Shown one piece after another: positions 18,988 to 27,111 of a stretch of DNA of 32,000 nt. This stretch comes from Candidatus Thorarchaeota archaeon (GTDB lineage Archaea; Asgardarchaeota; Thorarchaeia; Thorarchaeales; Thorarchaeaceae). Under the pieces are notes generated by a model. It was given only the letters and a program-made list of their open reading frames with translations, ran no database searches and had not been told where the DNA came from. The DNA is taken from positions 150,001-182,000 of the forward strand of contig SHMX01000003.1 in NCBI GenBank assembly GCA_008080745.1, read 5' to 3'. Made by a program: the position numbers and the translations under genes. Each line of letters begins with the position of its first letter. Position 1 is the stretch's first letter.

Positions 18988-19419
18988 TTACTCCTGATCC
19001 AAATAAGCTTCTTTGATATCGGAACTATTATCTGGATCTTCGGATTTTACTATTTTAATCTCAAGTACGCCGTTTCTGTAAGAGTACACTGATTTTTCTA
19101 CATCTGCTGCCCATGGAATATCAGTCTTCAAATCGGGTCTATTTTCTATAGGTGACGAAATTATTACTTCTCTACCCTCAATTTTTACGACTGGTTCTCC
19201 AACAAAAGAATCGACAACGATGAGTAATTCATCTCCCAATTCTATCTTTTCTAAAAAGGGACCAGTTTCTGTTTCAGCTTGCTCGTTCATACCAGATCCA
19301 GATCCTTTTGAAACTCTGAATCGCACAGTGTTACTTCTTACCCCATTTGGAGCTGAAGTGCCACCAAAGAACTGCTCAAACATTTGGCGTATCATTTTAT
19401 CGAAATCATCATCAATCAT
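18988..19419 (-). CDS. Small heat-shock protein (Hsp20/alpha-crystallin-like), divergent
   Basis: MIDDDFDKMIRQMFEQFF N-terminus and SYRNGVLEIKI motif; directly upstream of cdc48. Start set at the ATG at 19419 because GGAGGAAG precedes it. Confidence 0.72.
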   Translation of the reverse strand: MIDDDFDKMIRQMFEQFFGGTSAPNGVRSNTVRFRVSKGSGSGMNEQAETETGPFLEKIELGDELLIVVDSFVGEPVVKIEGREVIISSPIENRPDLKTDIPWAADVEKSVYSYRNGVLEIKIVKSEDPDNSSDIKEAYLDQE

Positions 19420-19562
19420 TTTTGTGCTTCCTCCTACTAGGGAAGCCCAGGGCGGAATCTCCGCCCTTTGAGTCACCAATTGGGCTTCTAGTACGTGTTG
19501 TTAGCATGGGACCATTTAGTCCCATGTCACTAAAAAGGATTTTAGAGTATATAAAATTTTGC

Positions 19563-20993
19563 CTATAACACTTGATGATCGTTAGGTCTTTCGCCATTTG
19601 GTAACTCGACATCTACTCCTTCTTTGCTCAGAATGTCACGAGCAATCATAACGCCTGACACAGAAGCCTGCATAAGTCCACGTGTAATTCCAGCCCCATC
19701 TCCTGCTGCATAGAGGTTAGCAATTTGGGTTTCAAGACTCTGCTTGAGCTTTAATCGAGATGAATAGAATTTAACCTCGACTCCATAAAGAAGGGTACCA
19801 GGTCCATTGACACCAGGACAAAGTTGATCCAAAGCCTCTAGCATCTCTATTATCGAGCTCAGATGGCGATAGGGTAATGCAAAGCTTAGGTCACCAGGAC
19901 TAGAACTTGGTAGTGTTGGTTGAACTGGACTTCTTGAGATTCTATCTTTTGTACTTCGTTTTCCTCTGTGTAAATCTGCAAGACGTTGGACAATAACACC
20001 ATCACCCAGCATGTTAGCAAGTCTGGCAATATGTTGTCCATAGGCAATTGGTTCCTTGAAAGGAGCTGTAAATCGAGTTGAAACTAAAAGTGCAAAATTA
20101 GTATTTTGAGTCTTTTTATGAGCAAAGGATTGACCATTAACCGTGAGAATCTCGTCATAGTATTCGCTAGTTACAACACCACCAGGATTGAAACAGAATA
20201 GCCGTACTTTATCATCAAAACGTTGAGAATAGTAAATCAACTTGGGTTCATAGAGAGCTTCTGCAATATCAGCCATAACAGGAGCTGGAATTTCCACTCG
20301 AACACCAATATCAACGTAGTTGTTTTCCGTATCAAGGTTCAATCGTGAAGCTTGTGTGGAAAGCCATTCATTCCCTATTCGTCCTGGTGCTGCTACTACA
20401 TATCGCGCTTTCAATAGTTCTCCCGCATCAGTATGAAGCCCTGTAACGGTATCATCATGTACATGAATGTCTTTTGCTTCAGTGTTAAATTTGACTTCAG
20501 CATGGTCCAAGATATGATCATACATGGAACCCATCACATCTATACAACCCTCACGACCCATGTGACGAACTTGTTGGGGAATAAGTTGCATACCAACTAA
20601 AGCTGCTTTCCGCATGTATTCCTCGGTAGCATCCTTATCATCACCATATACCTTTTCAGGAGCCCCATAGTCCAGATATATTCCATCAACATATTGAATG
20701 AGATCCATTAATCGATTTTCACCAATGAATTCATCAAGCCACCCACCCACTTGAGTGGATATGGTGAGTTTTCCATCGGAGAATGCTCCCGCCCCACCCC
20801 AGCCAGCTAAAATAGAACATGGATTGCACTTCTTACAGCCCCTAGCTGCTGTGGTATTAGGACAATGACGACGAGATATTTTCTTCCCTTTTTCAATTAT
20901 AACCATCTTCAAATCTGGTTTTTTCTTAATTAATTCAAGGGCACAAAAAATCCCAGCAGGACCACTTCCAACAATAGCGACATCATATTGCAA
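19563..20993 (-). CDS. NAD(P)/FAD-dependent oxidoreductase (COG2509-type 'FAD-dependent dehydrogenase')
   Basis: YDVAIVGSGPAG Rossmann motif, C...C..C..C then GWGGAGAFSDGKL, GVEVKFYS, LYAAGDGAG.TRGL.QAS. TTG at 20993 follows GGAGAG (alternative start 21008). Confidence 0.85.
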   Translation of the reverse strand: MQYDVAIVGSGPAGIFCALELIKKKPDLKMVIIEKGKKISRRHCPNTTAARGCKKCNPCSILAGWGGAGAFSDGKLTISTQVGGWLDEFIGENRLMDLIQYVDGIYLDYGAPEKVYGDDKDATEEYMRKAALVGMQLIPQQVRHMGREGCIDVMGSMYDHILDHAEVKFNTEAKDIHVHDDTVTGLHTDAGELLKARYVVAAPGRIGNEWLSTQASRLNLDTENNYVDIGVRVEIPAPVMADIAEALYEPKLIYYSQRFDDKVRLFCFNPGGVVTSEYYDEILTVNGQSFAHKKTQNTNFALLVSTRFTAPFKEPIAYGQHIARLANMLGDGVIVQRLADLHRGKRSTKDRISRSPVQPTLPSSSPGDLSFALPYRHLSSIIEMLEALDQLCPGVNGPGTLLYGVEVKFYSSRLKLKQSLETQIANLYAAGDGAGITRGLMQASVSGVMIARDILSKEGVDVELPNGERPNDHQVL

Positions 20994-21152
20994 AAGGTTT
21001 CTCTCCAAAAGAGTTTCCTAGACAATGCCGCGCTTGGAGTTTCACTCTTAAGGCTTTTTATCCATGTGTTTACAATATAGCCACGACGAATACGCTTAAG
21101 AAAGTCTAATCCGATTCTGCATTGTCCACTACGGATTATGGTGAGATAATAA

Positions 21153-22073
21153 ATGGCAACTTGTTCACTTTGTGGGGCAGAAGATCTATGCTTCACCTGT
21201 CCATATTGTAGATCAGTTTATTGCGCAGAGCATAGACTTCCAGAAAGTCATGGCTGTCCGGCGCTGCAACTTGCCAAAGAAGATGCTCGACGAAAAATTG
21301 CCCAGAGTTTCAGCGGAGATTATTATGAGGAAGAGGAATCTGGACAGAGTAGATTTCGGAGGAAACAAAAGAAGTCCCGGTCATCTTGGAAAAAGAAATA
21401 CAAGTTCTCTCAAACCGAAGTCAGAGATCTGACCATTGCAACTATTCTTGTTGCACTCGTTGGATTGGCCCTAATGGCACCATTCAGGGGAATTATTGTT
21501 GCAATTTCCAACCTTATTTTCTACATTCAAATAGGATTTGGATGGTATCCAATTGCAATGATTGGAATTTTTGTTGGATCATTTCTACTCCATGAGCTTG
21601 CACATAAGTTCACTGCCCAGAGATATGGTATGTGGAGTGAATTTCGGATGCTTCCAACAGGATATTTCATCTCTATTTTCTCCATATTAGCTTCAATCCC
21701 CATTGTGGGAACAGGTGTGGTGTTGTCCAGCGGAGCAGGGTCTCAGGAGGAAGATGCAAAAACTAATCTGGCAGGGCCTATGTCCAATTTCATATTGGCT
21801 TTGATTCTGATAGGGGTAATCGTCATATTTCGATTGATAACTGGAGGACCTTTAGCTGAGATTGGAACTATAGGAATAGTAGTATTGTATCTTGTACAAT
21901 ATGGTGTGATATTAAACGCATTTTTGGGTCTCTTCAATATGATTCCATTCCAACCATTTGATGGTGCTACGGTAATGGCATGGGATAAAAGAGTGTGGGC
22001 TGCATTAACCATCAGTTTACTGATAATTTTGATTATGGGATACATTGTAATTCCTATGTTTCTAACTGTGTAA
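21153..22073 (+). CDS. AN1-type zinc finger fused to an M50 (site-2 protease family) membrane metalloprotease
   Basis: CSLC...CPYC...YCAEHRLPESHGC (AN1); LLHELAHK (HExxH), NLAGPMSN, FNMIPFQPFDG (NxxPxxxxDG). Confidence 0.88.
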   Translation: MATCSLCGAEDLCFTCPYCRSVYCAEHRLPESHGCPALQLAKEDARRKIAQSFSGDYYEEEESGQSRFRRKQKKSRSSWKKKYKFSQTEVRDLTIATILVALVGLALMAPFRGIIVAISNLIFYIQIGFGWYPIAMIGIFVGSFLLHELAHKFTAQRYGMWSEFRMLPTGYFISIFSILASIPIVGTGVVLSSGAGSQEEDAKTNLAGPMSNFILALILIGVIVIFRLITGGPLAEIGTIGIVVLYLVQYGVILNAFLGLFNMIPFQPFDGATVMAWDKRVWAALTISLLIILIMGYIVIPMFLTV

Positions 22074-22145
22074 TCTGCACGTAATACACTCGTTGATAGT
22101 CTGGAAATATACTCATTCTGTGTATATCAGAAGGAGTATTCCAGA

Positions 22146-23675
22146 TTGCAAACTGTCAAACCAATCGAAACCGATGTAGTCGAACTTTCAGTTTCAGCCT
22201 GGTTTTATCGGAATCGAACCATAGCAGGCTTTGACAATCCAGCCCGATCACTTTATGTATCGATCCGTGAATTAGTTGAGAATAGTCTTGACGCAAGTGA
22301 AGATGCAGGCTATCTTCCAGAAGTCAAGGTAACACTATCACGCATCTCTGAACGGTCAGATTTGGGAGATTTATTCTCAGCAGGTCCTGAAGAATTCAAA
22401 CTCAGAGTCGAGGATAACGGCGGTGGAATTCCAAGATCAAAAGTCCCCAAATTAATAGGAAAGATGCTTACAGGTACAAAATTCATGCTTAGACAAAATC
22501 GTGGAACCTTCGGTTTGGGAGGAAGTCTTGCCCTACTCTATGGACAAGTTACTACTCAAAAACCCATCAAGATATGTACAGCTATACCAGGAGAGAATCT
22601 TAGACATGAATTGATTATGCGGCTAGATATTGAACAGAATACTCCTAAAATAATTAGAGAAAATTCAATTCGAAAAGATCCTGATGATCACGGTACAATT
22701 GTTGAATTCGCACTACAGGGAGATTGGATTAGAAGCAAGACACGGATAGCAGATTACTTCACGCAAACGAGTATTATTGTTCCTTATGCGAGTATTATTT
22801 TTAGCAATCCAGATGGAGAAACTCTCACCTATAAAAGACTAATAGAAACATTACCGCGAAGACCAAAAGACATGAAGCCGCATCCAGAAGGTATCGATGT
22901 TGAGATGCTCAAACAAATGATTCGAAAGACCAAGAAAAACACTCTCAGTAAATTCTTTATGAAAGCATTTCAGAGGGTGGGGACTACAACCGCCCAAGCG
23001 TTTCTCGATTATGCGGAATTGGATCCAGATATTCCACCCAAGACCTTGAAGCGTGAAGAATTAGTAGCCCTGATGAATGCAATGGCTTCATACGATAAAT
23101 TTCTACCACCCTCTCCAAAATCACTATCACCTGCAGGAGAGGCGGTATTAGAAGCAGGTCTCAAGAGGTTAGAACCAGAGTTTGTAGCAGTGAGTACACG
23201 TTCGCCAAGTGTTTATGAAGGGCACCCATTCATTATCGAAACTGCGGTGGCATACGGAGGTGGTCTTCAACCAGGTATCAATCTGTTGCGTTTCGCAAAT
23301 AGAATTCCGCTCCTTTATGATGAGAGATCAGATGTATCAAGTAGAGTAATCAGAGACCTCCGATTGAAGAATTATGAATTGAAACAGGAAGATCCCTTAG
23401 TCTTTCTTACCCATATCTGCTCAACCAAAGTACCCTATAAGACAGTAGGGAAAGAATTCATTGGAGATGTTGATGCAGTCCGACGAGAAGTCGATCTAGG
23501 ATTCAAAGAATGCTTAAGGAGAGTATCTGAAGGAGTTCGTAAAAAGAATCGAGCAAAGAGAAAGGCAAGACGAGAAAATAAGCTGCAGACCTATTACGAA
23601 TTTCTCACTGACACACTATCTGCCGCTACTGGTCGGCAAATCAGTTCGTCAATTCTTTTTGGAGATGAGAGGTGA
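22146..23675 (+). CDS. top6B: DNA topoisomerase VI subunit B
   Basis: GFDNPARSLY...RELVENSLDA, VEDNGGGI, RGTFGLGG, DDHGT (GHKL motifs); PHPEG.D, RFANRIPLLYD, KVPYKTVGKE transducer; overlaps the next gene. Confidence 0.93.
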   Translation: MQTVKPIETDVVELSVSAWFYRNRTIAGFDNPARSLYVSIRELVENSLDASEDAGYLPEVKVTLSRISERSDLGDLFSAGPEEFKLRVEDNGGGIPRSKVPKLIGKMLTGTKFMLRQNRGTFGLGGSLALLYGQVTTQKPIKICTAIPGENLRHELIMRLDIEQNTPKIIRENSIRKDPDDHGTIVEFALQGDWIRSKTRIADYFTQTSIIVPYASIIFSNPDGETLTYKRLIETLPRRPKDMKPHPEGIDVEMLKQMIRKTKKNTLSKFFMKAFQRVGTTTAQAFLDYAELDPDIPPKTLKREELVALMNAMASYDKFLPPSPKSLSPAGEAVLEAGLKRLEPEFVAVSTRSPSVYEGHPFIIETAVAYGGGLQPGINLLRFANRIPLLYDERSDVSSRVIRDLRLKNYELKQEDPLVFLTHICSTKVPYKTVGKEFIGDVDAVRREVDLGFKECLRRVSEGVRKKNRAKRKARRENKLQTYYEFLTDTLSAATGRQISSSILFGDER

Positions 23676-24831
23676 TATCAGGATGAATGAACGAATGCAA
23701 GATATGACCAATTCGGAAGTAATCGAACTTATTGATAATGTCATTTTTACCATAGCAGATACTATTCAAGATGGTATGTTTCCCGAGATTGGTTATTATG
23801 GTTCATCAAAAAAGAATGTAGAATACATACCTGAATCAGGATATACCCCCATTGACGAAAAACCATCATTTCTTGATGGACGAAAGGTCAAGAGTGCAAA
23901 AACCATTGCAAGTCTGGTATATGGACTTACTCGATTCAAAGAGCATCTTGATCAAGGACTATCCATGAGTCTGAGAGATTTCTATTATATGCACAAGGTG
24001 AAGGAAGTTCAAAATATCCTAAAAATAGATAGTCAGAATGAAACCAATCGCTTAATCAATTTGTGTGAACGAATTCTCCGTCTTCAGGGTTCTTCGATAC
24101 CCCGTGAAGAGTTTGGAGTAGTCAGTTCTCCCAAAGGCACTTTCTATGGTGATGTCACTCTAACTGACCTATCTGGTAAAAAGCTCAGATGCGATTATGC
24201 AGGAGAGTATGGATGGTTCATATCATCAAGGCCGTTTGAGGTGAAGATTCATCAGCTCAATATCGATGCCGCAATATTTGTAGAAAAGGAAGCTATGGCC
24301 CGCAACTTGATTGAATTAGGAATTCCAGAAGAAATGAACATCGGGGTTGGTGCCTTATTTGGTCAACCAGGAAGGAATATGAGAGCATGGATAAAACGTC
24401 TTTCAGATAATGAAGTGCCCATTCTAGTGCTTGTTGATATGTCACCATGGTCATTAAGAATTTTCTCAACTATAAAGAGTAATTCTATTGAATTAGCGAA
24501 TATTCAAGGACTTGCTGCTCCAGATACGAAACTGTTAGGTCTCACTACTGATGATTTCTGGTCATCAGATGGTATTCTAAAAGATATTGAGCATACACTC
24601 GAAGATATGTCAAAGTCTGACATAAGGTGTGCAAAACAGAATCAGAATATTCCAGCAATCAATAAAGATCCTATTCTAAAGAGAGAGAATGATATGCTCC
24701 TGAGAAAGAAACGTAAAGGAGAACTTGAGGCTTTCAAAGCTATTGGTCTACCAATATCAGAGCTAAAAACCACGTACATGGAGTATATCATATCAAAAGC
24801 CCGAAAGTATGATATTAAGTTGGGACAGTAG
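23659..24831 (+). CDS. top6A: DNA topoisomerase VI subunit A / Spo11-family protein with a non-canonical TOPRIM motif
   Basis: SLRDFYY (catalytic Tyr), SQNETNRLI, FVEKEAM, LFGQP, VDMSPWS at the canonical DxDPxG position, KGELEAF. True start may be one of the downstream ATGs (23683, 23695). Confidence 0.85.
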   Translation: MEMRGDIRMNERMQDMTNSEVIELIDNVIFTIADTIQDGMFPEIGYYGSSKKNVEYIPESGYTPIDEKPSFLDGRKVKSAKTIASLVYGLTRFKEHLDQGLSMSLRDFYYMHKVKEVQNILKIDSQNETNRLINLCERILRLQGSSIPREEFGVVSSPKGTFYGDVTLTDLSGKKLRCDYAGEYGWFISSRPFEVKIHQLNIDAAIFVEKEAMARNLIELGIPEEMNIGVGALFGQPGRNMRAWIKRLSDNEVPILVLVDMSPWSLRIFSTIKSNSIELANIQGLAAPDTKLLGLTTDDFWSSDGILKDIEHTLEDMSKSDIRCAKQNQNIPAINKDPILKRENDMLLRKKRKGELEAFKAIGLPISELKTTYMEYIISKARKYDIKLGQ

Positions 24832-24892
24832 TTGCATCTTTAGAAAACTGATTTAAGACGAGAAGCTTCTTGAAGATATGAGGAGTGGTATT

Positions 24893-25570
24893 GTGTCACT
24901 TGATAAAGAGAATATGTTGGAACTGTTCGAGAATTTCAAAGCTGCCATCGTTAAACTCATGGAGGAGCGTGACAAGCTCGCCACCGAAGCAGACGAAATT
25001 CGAGGAGCAAGACGTGAAGCTGAAGAAAAGGCTTGGCAAATAGAGGAAGACCTCAAAGAGGCTAAGACCGAGCTCATAGAGAAGGAAAAGGTGATTAGAA
25101 CCACCGAGGCGGAGAAAGTTGCTGCCGAGGCAAAGATTGACGAACTCACGAAAGAGATTGAGGATCTAAAATCAGATACTTCTAAAGAGGACCAATTAGC
25201 AAAGGTTACAGCTGAACGTGACGAGCTCAAAAAAGAGATGGACGAAATCACAAGTAAATTAGAGCGAGTTTCAGAACTCTATCGTGAAACAACTGCAGAA
25301 AAAGAGAAACTTGCAGAGAAGGTAGATGTGAGTGATTTGCTTGGAATCTATATCACCTTGATTGAAACGGTATTTGGTGGAAAACCACATGCAAGAGTGC
25401 TTTATACTTTACATAACACTCAGACAGCGATTCCAAGAAAGAACCTAGAGAAGAGTACAGGCATCATGCCAACAGCTATATTGAAGGCAATTCATGACCT
25501 CCGTAACGCGGGCCTTGTCGATTACGATGAGGAAAGTCAAGAGGTAAAGCTCCTAAAAGATATCCTTTAG
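24893..25570 (+). CDS. Long coiled-coil protein with C-terminal winged-helix domain
   Basis: About 135 aa of E/K-rich heptads, then VFGGKPHARVLYTLH...RKNLEKSTG...ILKAIHDLRNAGLVDYD (wHTH pattern). GTG at 24893 follows GAGGAG (alternative ATG at 24878). Confidence 0.75.
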   Translation: MSLDKENMLELFENFKAAIVKLMEERDKLATEADEIRGARREAEEKAWQIEEDLKEAKTELIEKEKVIRTTEAEKVAAEAKIDELTKEIEDLKSDTSKEDQLAKVTAERDELKKEMDEITSKLERVSELYRETTAEKEKLAEKVDVSDLLGIYITLIETVFGGKPHARVLYTLHNTQTAIPRKNLEKSTGIMPTAILKAIHDLRNAGLVDYDEESQEVKLLKDIL

Positions 25571-25617
25571 AAAGGCTTCCTTAAATTAACCAGTATTAAT
25601 TACCGAGATGTCGTACT

Positions 25618-26619
25618 TTGCCAAAGAAAGTAAAATATTCAGCAGCTCTCAGAAAATACTTGAAGAGATACAATCTGTTTAGAAAAGTAGATAGTATTGT
25701 ATCTATATTGGGCGATGATGCTCAACAAGTCTTTGATTGGGCACAGGAAGAAGCTCAGAGACGGATTGATGAACAAAAAGAAAAGAAATCAAACAAAGGC
25801 CGTTTGATATTTCGACTAGTGGGACGAGAAGCTGCAATTAGACTAGTCCAAGAAAATCACGCAAGAGGTAGGTTGACCACTAAAAGCGAGGTTAAAAAGA
25901 AAACTGGACAGAAGATGGAGATGCCACTTCTCTATCAACAGGCTGGAGTACGTCATCCACAGGAAGCCAGAAATCTAAGACACAACCTGTTTCATAAAGC
26001 ATTTCTTGCTCTGGCACACCACCTTTTTGGTGACATTGAAACACGAATTCCACAAACTGGAGAAGGACTAACACCTGATTTGGTAATTACTCACAAAGAT
26101 CCTGATTGGGAGATTTCAGTTGAGTATAAAGGATACCGAGCTCTAACCCTTCTGAGCGAGTCAGAAATATTGAAAGGGATACGTTATCAGGCTGCTTATG
26201 GAACCTCTTGGCTTGTAACTACCACTCAGAAGACAGTTAGAGACCTCTATAATGAAACATTAACCGTGAAGGAGTTGGTTCGAAATGGTATCCCTCGATT
26301 GAAAACCATTAGTCGACGACGTGCTTATACTGAGGAACAGAAGGAAAATCGAGGAATCTCGATGAAGGGTATCAAACACCTGGAGAAAAATAAGGATTTA
26401 GGCCTGAAATGCAAGTTAATTTCAGCTCAAGATTTACTCAAGTCATGCCATGAAGGTCAACCACTCAGAGGACTAGCTATTACCACTGGTATGGAATTTA
26501 TTGAGATGTTGAAAGAAGCAGGTTTGCATGAGCACGCAGAGAATGTTTTACAGGTAATGAAAGTACCAACCTATGCATTACATAGCGATAGTGTCACTTC
26601 AGTTCGCTTGATTGGTTGA
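25618..26619 (+). CDS. PD-(D/E)xK nuclease-fold protein with a basic N-terminal helical/HTH region
   Basis: LTPDLVI...ISVEYKG (PD...ExK); N-terminal RGRLTTKSEVKKKTG...LYQQAGV resembles HTH modules seen on archaeal endonucleases. Confidence 0.6.
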   Translation: MPKKVKYSAALRKYLKRYNLFRKVDSIVSILGDDAQQVFDWAQEEAQRRIDEQKEKKSNKGRLIFRLVGREAAIRLVQENHARGRLTTKSEVKKKTGQKMEMPLLYQQAGVRHPQEARNLRHNLFHKAFLALAHHLFGDIETRIPQTGEGLTPDLVITHKDPDWEISVEYKGYRALTLLSESEILKGIRYQAAYGTSWLVTTTQKTVRDLYNETLTVKELVRNGIPRLKTISRRRAYTEEQKENRGISMKGIKHLEKNKDLGLKCKLISAQDLLKSCHEGQPLRGLAITTGMEFIEMLKEAGLHEHAENVLQVMKVPTYALHSDSVTSVRLIG

Positions 26620-26718
26620 TATAATGGGGGAAAAAAAGGAGCTCTACCAAGATTTATTTGCGCAAATGATTCAGTAATATTGAGAATATGGACTCACTGT
26701 ATTCATGAAGGTGCTCAA

Positions 26719-27111
26719 TTGACAAGTTCAGCCTCTATCAATATTCCCGAACTACTGAAAGAACTATTGCGAGATTTGTCAAATAACTCGCCGATACTGG
26801 GAGCTGCAATTCTATCTCAAGAAGGTCTCCCTCTGGAGAGTCATTTCCATCGAGGATTAGAGGAGGCCACTATTGCTGCAATGGTAGCAGGCATATATTC
26901 CACCGGGGAACAAACGGTCAGAGAACTAAGACAGGGTAACTTGAGGAATATCATCATAGAAGGAGATATGGGTACTACAATTGTTTTATCGATCCCAGGC
27001 GGATATCTTCTCTGTGTTACAGCACCAGAAAACGCCAAACTTGGTCTAATTTTTAATGATGCAAAACGAGTAGCTAGAGAAGCCTCCAGACTAATCCAAC
27101 GATATGAGTGA
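26719..27111 (+). CDS. Roadblock/LC7 (MglB-like) protein
   Basis: ILGAAILSQEGLPL...EATIAAMVAGIYSTGEQTVREL..G.L..IIIEGDMG...LGLIF..AK; TTG at 26719 follows GAAGGTG. Confidence 0.92.
   Translation: MTSSASINIPELLKELLRDLSNNSPILGAAILSQEGLPLESHFHRGLEEATIAAMVAGIYSTGEQTVRELRQGNLRNIIIEGDMGTTIVLSIPGGYLLCVTAPENAKLGLIFNDAKRVAREASRLIQRYE

Noticed and set aside
24853-25251. 132-aa Ser-rich antisense ORF
   Set aside because: Reverse complement of E/K-rich coiled-coil codons; a shadow ORF.
22146-26619. Wadjet/JetABCD or Topo VIII assignment
   Set aside because: No SMC ATPase or kleisin is present, and B and A are separate full-length genes as in ordinary Topo VI.
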